From assembly GCA_021325135.1 (NCBI GenBank), contig JAJPHT010000004.1:18527-82526 (forward strand): a stretch of 64,000 nt of DNA, in the 5' to 3' direction. Made by a program: the position numbers and the translations under genes. Positions within the stretch are counted from its first letter, which is position 1; every line of letters begins with the position of its first letter. Origin of the DNA: Pseudomonadota bacterium. Lineage in GTDB: Archaea; Thermoplasmatota; SW-10-69-26; JACQPN01; JAJPHT01. Shown here one piece after another: positions 29,874 through 38,655 of this stretch. The notes under the pieces are model-generated. The model saw only the letters and a program-made list of their open reading frames with translations, was not told where the DNA came from and made no database searches.

Positions 29874-30710
29874 TTAGGAGTTCGCCGCGAGGGTGCCGAT
29901 GGTGGCCGCCTGGGACATCGCGCCGCCGCTGTCCTCGGAGACGCCGCTCTGGAGGAAGAGCCAGTAGCCGTCGTCGCCGCCGTGGCCGATGGCGCAGACG
30001 GGGTCCGGGCCAGGGCTCCAGGTGTCGACCCACACGTGCAGGCAGTCGTGGGCATCCGTGTCGGGCGTGATGCTGCCGTCGGTCTCGCACACCGCGCCGT
30101 CGGGGCCGTCGGTGATGGGGTCGAGCGCGTCCTCGACCGCGGGCGCCTGGGTCTCGACGATGCCTTCGGCCGCGTCCAGCGCGTCATCGGCCGTGGAGCC
30201 CGCCGGCGCCGGCAGGAGGGCACCGACCGCGTCCGAGATGTCCCCCTTGACGGGGACGACGATGGGACCGCCGGTGTCGTCGACGCCCCAGGTACCGCCC
30301 ACGTGCAGGACCACCGTGTCCGTGGCGACGCCGGAGGTCGAGTGGACGTTGAGGTCGTAGCCGCAGTTGTCCGCCAGGTCCCACTCGGTGGACGAGCCGA
30401 AGAAGCCGCCGCCGACGCCCGCGTCAAGGTCGCCGTCGAAGTCGCCGGGGACGTGATCGCCGTTGCAGTCCACCGTGTTCGTGTCCTGGACGGTCACGAA
30501 GCCCGCGCTGGCGCCGCCAACGGAGCCCGTGGGGGCGCCGGAAGTCTGCTCGGAGAGCGTGTTGGAGTTCGCGCCCAGCGAGCCGGCCACGTTGTACGTG
30601 TGCACCGGCTGGTTCGCGCCAACGCACACGCTGTTCGCGTTCACGACGACGACGGCGTGCGCCATCGCCACGGCGACAAGAGCGCCGAGAAGAATCGAAG
30701 TCTTGTTCAT
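29874..30710 (-). CDS. Secreted Asp/Gly/Thr-rich protein, paralog A
   Basis: MNKTSILLGAL signal peptide; DCNGDHVPGDFDGDLD; closely similar to 31077-31778. Confidence 0.85.
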   Translation of the reverse strand: MNKTSILLGALVAVAMAHAVVVVNANSVCVGANQPVHTYNVAGSLGANSNTLSEQTSGAPTGSVGGASAGFVTVQDTNTVDCNGDHVPGDFDGDLDAGVGGGFFGSSTEWDLADNCGYDLNVHSTSGVATDTVVLHVGGTWGVDDTGGPIVVPVKGDISDAVGALLPAPAGSTADDALDAAEGIVETQAPAVEDALDPITDGPDGAVCETDGSITPDTDAHDCLHVWVDTWSPGPDPVCAIGHGGDDGYWLFLQSGVSEDSGGAMSQAATIGTLAANS

Positions 30711-30809
30711 GGGTTTAGCCTTCCGCCAGCCCAACAGGCCAGCGGGGTGTAACAAGCGACGTCGTGCAAGCCAATTGCGGAGGATTGCTGTGAGGATAAC
30801 AATTCAACC

Positions 30810-30959
30810 CTAAGGCCGCTTCGATCCTAACTCCGCGCGCCGTTTCTGGAGGAAGAAGTCAGGCTCGCCGGGCCTCGGCTGCGGTTCCTGGAGACGCCAC
30901 AGGCGTAGTCCCTCCGACTCCTGCGAGGCCTCGACGCCTGCCTCCCTCGTGGGGGCCAT
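30810..30959 (-). pseudogene. Duplicated 3' fragment of the 31871-32455 gene (still an open 49-aa frame)
   Basis: MAPTREAGVEASQESEGLRLWRLQEPQPRPGEPDFFLQKRRAELGSKRP matches the C-terminus of the 31871-32455 product. Confidence 0.75.
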
Positions 30960-31003
30960 GGCGCGCGACGCCAAGGAGCCCTGGCCGAAGGTGCGGGGGA
31001 TGC
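30960..31003 (+). repeat. 44-bp direct repeat, copy 2 (duplication junction)
   Basis: Identical to 29765-29808. Confidence 0.9.
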
Positions 31004-31076
31004 CGCAAGGGGGGCCTGAGCGATAGAAAAGATTGGTGTGCCTCGCGAGCGTGCGGTCATCGGCACATTGGATTTC

Positions 31077-31778
31077 TTAGGAGTCCGCCGCGAGGGTGCC
31101 GGTCGTGGCCGTGGCCGCGGTGGCCGCGCCGCCGGTCTCGGTGACGCCCGTGTTCAGGAAGAGCCAGTAGCCGTCGTCGCCGCCGTGGCCGTTGTGGTAG
31201 CCGATGAGGCAGACATCGCCAGCCCAGGTGTGAACCCAGCCCACTTCGCAGTCGGTCGAGTCCGTGTCGGGCGTAATCGAGCCGTCGGTCTGGCAGCCCA
31301 CGACCGCGCCGGTGGTCGGATCCGTGATCACGACGGGGCCCGCGGTGTCGTCGACGCCCCAAACGCCGCTGACGGGCAGACCCGTGACGTCGGTCGCGAC
31401 GCCGCTGGTGGCGTGGACGTTGAGGTCGTAGCCGCAGTTGTCGGTGACGTCCCACTCGTTGGACGAGCCGAAGAAGGCGCCGCCGACGCCGACGTCGAGG
31501 TCGCCGTCGAAGTCGCCGGGCACGCCGTCGCCGTTGCAGTCCGCCGTGTTGGTGTCCTGGACGGTCGTCAGGCCCGCGCCCGCGCCGCCGACGGGGCCCG
31601 CGGGGCTGCCGGAGGTCTGCTCGGAGAGCGTGTTGGAGTTCGCGCCGATGGAGCCGGCCACTCCGTAGGTGTGAACGGGCTGGTTGGCGCCGGGGCAGAC
31701 GCTGTTCGCGCTCACGACGACGACGTGCGCCATCGCGATCGCCAGCAGTGCCCCGATCAGGATCGAAGTCTTGTTCAT
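31077..31778 (-). CDS. Secreted Asp/Gly/Thr-rich protein, paralog B
   Basis: MNKTSILIGAL signal peptide; DCNGDGVPGDFDGDLD, GHGGDDGYWLFL shared with paralog A. Confidence 0.85.
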   Translation of the reverse strand: MNKTSILIGALLAIAMAHVVVVSANSVCPGANQPVHTYGVAGSIGANSNTLSEQTSGSPAGPVGGAGAGLTTVQDTNTADCNGDGVPGDFDGDLDVGVGGAFFGSSNEWDVTDNCGYDLNVHATSGVATDVTGLPVSGVWGVDDTAGPVVITDPTTGAVVGCQTDGSITPDTDSTDCEVGWVHTWAGDVCLIGYHNGHGGDDGYWLFLNTGVTETGGAATAATATTGTLAADS

Positions 31779-31870
31779 CGTAACATGCCTCTGCTAGCTA
31801 TCATGCCAGCGATCCAGCCAGGGGCTACACGAGCATGTTAGTTCCGGGGGATAATTGTGAAAATAACAAC

Positions 31871-32455
31871 TTAACCCTTGGGCCTCTTCGCCTGCCACTC
31901 TGCTTTCCTTTTCTGCAGGAAGAAGTCGGGCTCGCCGGGCCTCGGCTGCGGCTCCTGGAGACGCCAGAGGCGCAGCGCCTCCGACTCCTGCGCGGCCTCC
32001 TGCTTCGCCGCGGCCTCGGCGCCCGCCTCCTTCGCGGCGGCCATGGCGCGCGAGCCCAGGATGCCGCGCCACGCGGCGAGGAGCTTCTTCGCCTCGTCGT
32101 GGTTCTGGCCGCGCAGCGTGTAGTGCACGCCGTCGTCCTTGAAGTGGGCGAAGACGTTGAGGTCGTCGCGCCGGTAGATGCCCTTCTTGCCCTCGGTGTC
32201 CTCGCCCAGGTAGGACCACTTCATGCCGAGGTCCTTGATGGGCGCCTTGATGGCGTCCTTGTTGGGCTCGTAGACGTCCATGGGGATGACGATGCTCTCC
32301 ACGGGAAAGGAGGGGCCTTTGGCGGCGGCCTTCTGCGCAGGCGCCTTCTTCGCCGGGGCGGCGGCCTTCTTGGGGGCGGCCTGCTTCGCGGGCGCTTTTT
32401 TCGCGGGGGCCTTCTTCGCCGGCTCTTTTTTCACCGGTGCCTTCTTCGTGGCCAT
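31871..32455 (-). CDS. Hypothetical protein with histone-H1-like PAKK-repeat N-terminus
   Basis: MATKKAPVKKEPAKKAPAKKAPAKQAAPKKAAAPAKK followed by a globular domain. Confidence 0.8.
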   Translation of the reverse strand: MATKKAPVKKEPAKKAPAKKAPAKQAAPKKAAAPAKKAPAQKAAAKGPSFPVESIVIPMDVYEPNKDAIKAPIKDLGMKWSYLGEDTEGKKGIYRRDDLNVFAHFKDDGVHYTLRGQNHDEAKKLLAAWRGILGSRAMAAAKEAGAEAAAKQEAAQESEALRLWRLQEPQPRPGEPDFFLQKRKAEWQAKRPKG

Positions 32456-32545
32456 CGCGCGGGGAGCGGGCGCGGGAGGAAAGACCCTTTCGAGCCCGGC
32501 GCACGCCGGCCCAACCCTTTTCGTGGCCCGGGCGCTGGGGCCCGC

Positions 32546-33694
32546 GTGAGCGACCGGCCCCTGAGCCTGGAGCAGGTCCGGCGCATGGCCATCGCCGCGC
32601 AGGGCTACGCCGCGCGCTTCCGCCGCGCCTCCGCGGACGAGGTCGCGGCCGCGGCGCGGCGCCTCTCGTGCGTGCAGCTTGACAGCATCGCGACCGTGGA
32701 GCGCAGCCACCGCATCGTGCTATCATCCCGCGCGGGCGCGCACGACGCGGCCACGCTCACGCGCCTGCTGGAGCGCGGCGAGGTCTTCGAGCACTGGGGC
32801 CACGAGGCGTCGATCCTGCCCGTGGAGGACTGGCCCCTCTTCCGCCGCCGGATGCGCGAGCGGCGGATCCACCACTGGTGGGGCGACGTCATCGGGAGCG
32901 ACCCCGCCCTCGCGCGCTCCGTGCTGCGCGCCATCGAGCGGAACGGCCCCATGGGCTCCGCGGACTTCGAAGGCCGGGGCGGGGGAGGCATGTGGAACCT
33001 CAAGCCCGAGAAGCGCATGCTCGACGCCCTCTGGACCGCGGGGAGGCTCGTCGTGAGCGGCCGGGACGGCTTCCAGCGCCGCTACGACCTCCCCGAGCGC
33101 GTCATCCCCGCCAGGTGGCGCGAGGCGCCCGTGCCCACGGAGGCCGAGGCGACGCGGGCGCTGGCGCTCAAGGCCATCCGCGCGCGGGGCGCCCTCACCG
33201 AGCGCGGCGTCGTGGAGCACTGGCGCATGGCCGGCGGCGTCAAGGCCGTGCAGCCCGCGCTGCGGCGGCTGGAGCGCGAGGGGGAGATCGTCCGCCTCGC
33301 GGTCGAGGACGGAGGGCCCGACGTGCTGGCGCCCGCGGAGGCGGACCTCGACCCGCCAGCCCCGCGCGCCGCCGTGCTGCTATCACCCTTCGACAACCTG
33401 CTCTGGGACCGGCCCTTCGCGCGGCGCGCGCTGGGGTTCGACCACCTCATCGAGGTCTACAAGAAGGGGCACCAGAGGCGATACGGCTACTACGTGCTGC
33501 CGCTGGTGGTGGGCGACCGGCTCGTGGGCCGCGCCGACGTGAAGTCCGACCGCGAGGCGGGCGCGCTTTGGGTGAAGGCGGTCCACCGCGAGCCCGGCGC
33601 GCGCTGGACCTCCGCGACGGAAGACGGCCTCGCCAGGGCGGCGGACCGTCTTGCGCGCAGCATCGGCCTCGCGGAGGTGCGGGGCCTCAGCTGA
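32546..33694 (+). CDS. ycaQ: YcaQ/AlkZ-family DNA crosslink repair glycosylase
   Basis: VQLDSI (QxD), RSH, FEHWGHEAS, LLSPFDNLLWDR, RYGYYVLP. Confidence 0.88.
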   Translation: MSDRPLSLEQVRRMAIAAQGYAARFRRASADEVAAAARRLSCVQLDSIATVERSHRIVLSSRAGAHDAATLTRLLERGEVFEHWGHEASILPVEDWPLFRRRMRERRIHHWWGDVIGSDPALARSVLRAIERNGPMGSADFEGRGGGGMWNLKPEKRMLDALWTAGRLVVSGRDGFQRRYDLPERVIPARWREAPVPTEAEATRALALKAIRARGALTERGVVEHWRMAGGVKAVQPALRRLEREGEIVRLAVEDGGPDVLAPAEADLDPPAPRAAVLLSPFDNLLWDRPFARRALGFDHLIEVYKKGHQRRYGYYVLPLVVGDRLVGRADVKSDREAGALWVKAVHREPGARWTSATEDGLARAADRLARSIGLAEVRGLS

Positions 33695-33977
33695 TGTCGG
33701 GCACGCAGGCGATGGACCCGGCCGCGTCGTAGACGCACGCCAGCTGGTCCCACTCGCAGGGCGGGTGGTTCTCGATGCACACGCCGATGGCCGTCTCGAC
33801 GCAGACGGAGTCCGCCGACGAGGGGAGCGCGCAGACGACGCCCGCGCACCGGCTGGTCGCGTTGGTGCACGCCAGCGGCGGGATGGCCCCCGACGCCGCG
33901 ACAACGGGGAGCAGCGCGGTGGTGAGAGCCAGGGAAGCGGCGACGAGGAACAGCGTGGATCGCAAGGTGATCTCCAC
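33687..33977 (-). CDS. Small secreted Cys-rich protein
   Basis: Signal peptide followed by a ~65-aa mature region with 8 Cys. Confidence 0.6.
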   Translation of the reverse strand: MEITLRSTLFLVAASLALTTALLPVVAASGAIPPLACTNATSRCAGVVCALPSSADSVCVETAIGVCIENHPPCEWDQLACVYDAAGSIACVPDIS

Positions 33978-34217
33978 GGCGGGACGGCCCCCACCCCAGA
34001 TGAGCCCCGTGCCCGCGCAACCGATGGGCTCTCTCGCGCGGACTCGCTCACCGGTCCAACGCGAGCGAAGGGGGAAAGGGGAATGGCGCGTCCGTGGTGA
34101 GGATGCCCGCTCCCGGGTTCGCCCCTCCATGGGATTCTCCCGCCAGAAGGCCCGCCCGCGCGCGCCGAGGGCCACGCCACCGGGCAGGAACCCCGGGGAA
34201 AAATCCCTTGGGCGGGC

Positions 34218-34366
34218 GATGCCGGGCCGGGTCCCGGCGGAGATGTGCAGGAGGGATGCTCGTGAAGGCGCTCCGCAAGGGCATTCCTCGTCATCGGCCC
34301 GGTAACGGGGCCTGAGTGACCCTCTTCCGGTCATCGCGCCGTGGCGGGGACGGCGGGCCTGGCATT
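34218..34366 (+). ncRNA. Candidate structured non-coding RNA (family unassigned)
   Basis: Terminal helix GATGCCGGGCC/GGCCTGGCATT enclosing three hairpins, one with a GUAA tetraloop; lies in a ~440-bp intergenic gap. Confidence 0.55.
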
Positions 34367-34422
34367 TCAACCAATGCGGCCCAGCGTGGGGCGTATATAG
34401 GAGGTGGAGGGAGGCCCTTGCG

Positions 34423-35283
34423 ATGCTCAGCGCGCTCCAGGGCGTGACGGCGGCGCTCTACGTCGCGGTGGCCCCGTTGTGCGCCGCGGTGGGCGTGGCG
34501 CTGGCGCGGCGCCGGATGGCGGACGCCGCCTCGCGGCGCGCGGTGCGGCTCTTCGCGGTCTTCTGGCTGGCCCTGGCGGCGGACGCGCTGCTGGGTGCCC
34601 TGGAGCTTGCGCTGGTGGGCGCGGGCTTCGCGTCGGCGGGGCTTGCCCTGGGCTTCAGCGTCGTGGCGTTCCTGGCGGTGTCGCTCATGATGTGGGGCCT
34701 GCTCCACTACCTGCTGTTCCTCTTCACGGGGCGCCCTGGGTGGCTCTGGCCGCTGGCGGCGTTCTACGCGCTGGCGTTCGCGACCAGCGTCGTCCTCGTC
34801 GCCTCCTGGGAGCCCACCGGCCTGGAGCCCACGCGCTGGGGCGTGGAGGTGGACTACGCCGCGCAGCCGACGCCGGCCGCGGGCCTCTTCCTCTCCCTGG
34901 CGTTCCTGCTGCCGCCCATCCTGGGCGCCCTGGCCTACGGGAGCTTCCTGCCCCGCGTCGGCGACGCCACGCGGCGCTATCGCATCGCCCTCGTCTCGGG
35001 CGGCATCTTCCTCTGGTTCGCGACGTCGGTCGTGCTGGGGGCCCGCCCGCTGGCGGACGACGACGCCGTGCAGGGGATCGGGCGCCTGGTCACCCTCGTC
35101 TCCATCCTGGCCGTGGCCGCGGCCTACTTCCCGCCCCCCTTCGCGCGCCGCCGCTGGGGCATCGAGAGCCTCGCGGACGAGGGGGGCCACGCGCCGCGGC
35201 CGGGCCTCGACGGCCCCGAGGAGCAGAAGCGCAAGGCCGCGCGGGCCGCCCACCTCCAGAACCGCGTCCGCGACCTCATCTGA
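34423..35283 (+). CDS. Multi-pass (about 7 TM) membrane protein
   Basis: Seven hydrophobic segments; TATATA and GGAGG upstream. Confidence 0.8.
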   Translation: MLSALQGVTAALYVAVAPLCAAVGVALARRRMADAASRRAVRLFAVFWLALAADALLGALELALVGAGFASAGLALGFSVVAFLAVSLMMWGLLHYLLFLFTGRPGWLWPLAAFYALAFATSVVLVASWEPTGLEPTRWGVEVDYAAQPTPAAGLFLSLAFLLPPILGALAYGSFLPRVGDATRRYRIALVSGGIFLWFATSVVLGARPLADDDAVQGIGRLVTLVSILAVAAAYFPPPFARRRWGIESLADEGGHAPRPGLDGPEEQKRKAARAAHLQNRVRDLI

Positions 35284-35325
35284 GCGCGGCAAACCCTTAA
35301 CTTGGGGACCCGGCTTGGGCGCACC

Positions 35326-36252
35326 ATGCCCCTTCCCACGGCCCCGGCGCGCGGCGGCTCGCTTCCCGTCCAGACCGCGGGGCAGGCGCAGGCGGCCAAC
35401 CTCCAGCAGGACCGCATGGCGCAGCAGTTCCGTCTCCGCATGGCCATCGCGGACAACCTGAAGCGCATCAAGCACACGATCATCGTGATGTCGGGCAAGG
35501 GCGGCGTGGGCAAGACCACCGTCGCCGTCAACGTCGCGGCGGCCTTCGCGGCGAAGGGGTGGAAGGTCGGTCTCCTCGACCTCGACCTCACCAACCCCAA
35601 CGTGCCCATCATGCTGGACCTGGAGGGGGCGAAGCCCGGCGGCCACAGCGAGGACATCAAGCCCGTGGACGTGCCCGCGCCCAATGGCAGCGGCGGCTTC
35701 CTGCGGGTGATGAGCACTGAGTTCTTCCTCCAGGGCAAGGAGAGCGCGATCATCTGGCGCGGCCCCATCAAGATGAACGTCATCAACCAGCTCCTGGGCA
35801 ACGTCGACTGGGGCGAGCTGGACCTCCTGGTGTGCGACCTGCCTCCGGGCACCAGCGACGAGCCGCTCACCATCGCGCAGCTTCTGCGCGACGCGGATGG
35901 CGTGGTGCTGGTCACGACGCCCCAGGCGGTCGCCATCCTGGACGTGACCAAGAGCCTGCAGTTCGCGCGCAGCATGGAGCTGCCCGTGCTGGGGATCGTG
36001 GAGAACATGGGCACCTTCGTGTGCCCGCACTGCGGCGAGCCGACGCCCATCTTCGGCGAGGGCGGCGCAGCGGCGCTCGCGCAGAAGGCCGGCGTCGACC
36101 TCCTGGGCAGCATCCCCCTGGAGCCCAGCGTGCAGCAGAGCGCGCAGAAGGGCGTCCCCTACGTCTGGAGCGACGCGTCCAGCGCCACGGGCAAGGCGTT
36201 CGCGGCGACCCTCGCGGCGCTGGAGACGAAGCTGGCCCGCCCGGAGCCCTAA
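35326..36252 (+). CDS. mrp: Mrp/NBP35 (ApbC) Fe-S cluster carrier ATPase
   Basis: SGKGGVGKT, IWRGP, DLPPGTSD, ENM..FVCPHC. Confidence 0.95.
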   Translation: MPLPTAPARGGSLPVQTAGQAQAANLQQDRMAQQFRLRMAIADNLKRIKHTIIVMSGKGGVGKTTVAVNVAAAFAAKGWKVGLLDLDLTNPNVPIMLDLEGAKPGGHSEDIKPVDVPAPNGSGGFLRVMSTEFFLQGKESAIIWRGPIKMNVINQLLGNVDWGELDLLVCDLPPGTSDEPLTIAQLLRDADGVVLVTTPQAVAILDVTKSLQFARSMELPVLGIVENMGTFVCPHCGEPTPIFGEGGAAALAQKAGVDLLGSIPLEPSVQQSAQKGVPYVWSDASSATGKAFAATLAALETKLARPEP

Positions 36253-36318
36253 GGCGGGCCGCGGCGAGCCCCCGCGTAGCCGCAAACGCCATCCGTCCAG
36301 CAGCGGGCGAAGGGGGGC

Positions 36319-37362
36319 GTGGCCGACGACGGCGAGCGAAACCGCAGGCGCTCCTCGCGCTTCCTCGTCGCGCTGGTGGCGCTCATCGGCGTCGCGGGGT
36401 TCGTGCTCCTGAAGCCCATCGTCTCGGGCGTCACGTTCGGCCTCGTCGTCGGCTTCCTCCTCCAGCGCCCCTACCAGCGCGTCTCGCGGCGGCTTCGCGC
36501 GCCCCGGCTGGTGGCTGTGGGGTTCGTCGCGCTGCTTTGCATCGCCCTCGACGTGCCCCTCTTCGTGCTGGGCTGGCGGCTCGTGACCGAGATCCGCGGC
36601 TTCGTGGACGCGGCGCGCGACCCCGGCTTCGGGCCCTCCCTCGCGCACGGCCTCGTGCGGCTGGGCGTGCCGCCCGATGCAGCGGGCGCCTTCGTGCAGC
36701 AGGCCAGCGCCGACGCCATGGCCTGGCTGCACGGCGCGACGCTCCCCACGCTGGGCTTCGTGGGCGCGCTGCTCATGAACGCGGGCGTGTTCCTTTTCGT
36801 CCTCTACTACACGCTCGTGAGCGGGCCCCGCTTCGTCAAGTGGGTCCTCGACGCCCTGCCCCTTCCCGAGCGGCACGCGAGGCATCTCGTGGAGGCGGTG
36901 GCCGACCGCATGCGGAACCTCTTCCTGGGCACGTTCCTCGTCGCGACCTGCCTGGGCATCCTCTCGGGGGTCGCCTGGTGGCTGGCGGGCTTCCCCGACC
37001 CCGTCTTCTGGGGCGCGGTCATGACCGTGCTCAACCTCATCCCCGCGCTGGGCATGGGCCTCGTCGCCATCCCCGCCGGCGCCATCGCCATCCTCAACGG
37101 GCGCGTCGTCGCGGGCGTCGCGATCCTCGCATGGGCGTTCCTGCTCTCGCCCCTGGTGGGCAACGCGATCCGCGCCGTCTTCGTGGGGAAGACCGAGGGC
37201 GTCCACCCCATCCTCGTGCTCGTGGGCACCGTCGGCGGAGTCGCGCTCTTCGGGCCGGCGGGCATCCTGCTGGGGCCCCTCGTCCTGAGCATGCTCGACC
37301 CCGTGCTCGCGGAGTGGGAGAGCCTGCGCGAGCCGCGCGAGGGATTCCCCCACGCGGAGTGA
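36319..37362 (+). CDS. AI-2E family transporter
   Basis: Multi-TM; VHPILVLVGTVGG..LFGPAGILLGP. Confidence 0.88.
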   Translation: MADDGERNRRRSSRFLVALVALIGVAGFVLLKPIVSGVTFGLVVGFLLQRPYQRVSRRLRAPRLVAVGFVALLCIALDVPLFVLGWRLVTEIRGFVDAARDPGFGPSLAHGLVRLGVPPDAAGAFVQQASADAMAWLHGATLPTLGFVGALLMNAGVFLFVLYYTLVSGPRFVKWVLDALPLPERHARHLVEAVADRMRNLFLGTFLVATCLGILSGVAWWLAGFPDPVFWGAVMTVLNLIPALGMGLVAIPAGAIAILNGRVVAGVAILAWAFLLSPLVGNAIRAVFVGKTEGVHPILVLVGTVGGVALFGPAGILLGPLVLSMLDPVLAEWESLREPREGFPHAE

Positions 37363-37408
37363 ACCCGGAGGCGCAATCCTCTAAGGGCCCGGGGCCCGTC
37401 TCCGAGGC

Positions 37409-38542
37409 ATGCCCTTCCACCTGACCGCCGACCAGGACCTCATCCGCAAGACGGTCCGCGAGATCGCCGGCGCGTTCGAAGGGAAGCCCGCCGACGACCT
37501 CGACCGCGAGCGCGCGTTCCCCAAGGAGCAGATCAAGGCCCTCGGCCAGCTTGGCCTCGCGGGCATGCTCGTCCCCGCGGAGCTGGGCGGCCCGGGCACC
37601 GACGCGGTGAGCTTCGTCCTCGCGCTGGAGGAGGTGGCCCGCGCCAGCGGCGTCGTGGCGCTCGTCCTCAACAACCTCAACGCGCTGGGCACGTTCCCGC
37701 TGGCCACCAGGGGCACGCAGGAGGCGCGCGACCGCTTCCTCCCCCAGGCCCTTGCCGGCGAGACCTTCCTCGCGTGGGCCCTCACGGAGCCGCAGGCCGG
37801 CACCGACCTGGGCGGCGTCGCGACGCGCGCTGCGAAGAAGGGGGACGCCTACGTGCTCAACGGCCTCAAGAGCTTCGTCGTGGGCGCCTCCGACGCCAGC
37901 GCGATCCTCGTCTTCGCGCGGACCTCGGAGAAGGACGGCCTCACGGCGTTCGTCGTCCCCGCCTCCGCGAAGGGCGTGCGGATCGCGCCCCCCGAGCGCA
38001 CCATGGCGCTGCGCGGCAGCGACATGGCGCAGGTCTTCCTTAAGGACGTGGAGGTCCCCGCCGCGCTCCGCCTGGGCGACGAGGGGAGCGGCACGGCCCT
38101 CGCCGCGCAGTGCAACGAGCTGGCCTCCCTGGGCGCGGCCGCCATCGCGGTGGGCGTCATGCAGGCCTCGCTGGAGGACGCCATCGAGTACGCGGGCCAG
38201 CGCGAGCAGTTCCGCCTTCCGCTCAAGCAGTTCCAGGCCATCCAGTTCCTCGTCTCGCAGCTGGACGTGGAGCTTCGCGCCTCGCGCCTCCTCGCGTGGG
38301 CCGCCGCCGACCTGCGCGACCGCGGCGAGGACGCCTCCGCCGCCATCGCCGCGGCCAAGCTCTACGCCGGCGAGGCCGCCAAGCTCGTGACGCAGAAGAG
38401 CATCCGCATCCACGGCGGCGCGGGCTTCATGCGCGAGCTTCCCGTGGAGCGGTTCAACCGCGACGCGCGGGCCCTCAGCGTCTACGCCGGCACGGCCGAG
38501 GCCGAGCGCGCCATCCTGGCGGCGAAGGCGCTGGGGCTCTGA
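37409..38542 (+). CDS. Acyl-CoA dehydrogenase family protein
   Basis: ALTEPQAGTD, LNGLKSFV, REQF, QFQAIQF, IHGGAGF. Confidence 0.92.
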   Translation: MPFHLTADQDLIRKTVREIAGAFEGKPADDLDRERAFPKEQIKALGQLGLAGMLVPAELGGPGTDAVSFVLALEEVARASGVVALVLNNLNALGTFPLATRGTQEARDRFLPQALAGETFLAWALTEPQAGTDLGGVATRAAKKGDAYVLNGLKSFVVGASDASAILVFARTSEKDGLTAFVVPASAKGVRIAPPERTMALRGSDMAQVFLKDVEVPAALRLGDEGSGTALAAQCNELASLGAAAIAVGVMQASLEDAIEYAGQREQFRLPLKQFQAIQFLVSQLDVELRASRLLAWAAADLRDRGEDASAAIAAAKLYAGEAAKLVTQKSIRIHGGAGFMRELPVERFNRDARALSVYAGTAEAERAILAAKALGL

Positions 38543-38554
38543 GAGAAGGAGCGT

Positions 38555-38647
38555 GACCCGCCCGCCAGCGTCCTGCGCTCATCGGCCAGCGCTCCAGGGT
38601 GAGCCGGAGCGCCGGGTCCTCGCAGGGTGAGGGCGGCGGGCGGGGTC
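38555..38647. other. Long imperfect hairpin between convergent genes
   Basis: Nested pairings GACCCGCCCGCC/GGCGGGCGGGGTC, CCTGCG/CGCAGG, GCGCTCC/GGAGCGC. Confidence 0.55.
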
Positions 38648-38655
38648 GGATGATC

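Noticed and set aside
29765-31003. 44-bp direct repeat as attL/attR of an integrated element
   Set aside because: No integrase or mobile genes; homology extends across both whole units, which fits tandem duplication better
34218-34366. Assignment of the structured RNA to SRP, RNase P, tRNA or hammerhead ribozyme
   Set aside because: Their conserved sequence cores are not present; left unassigned
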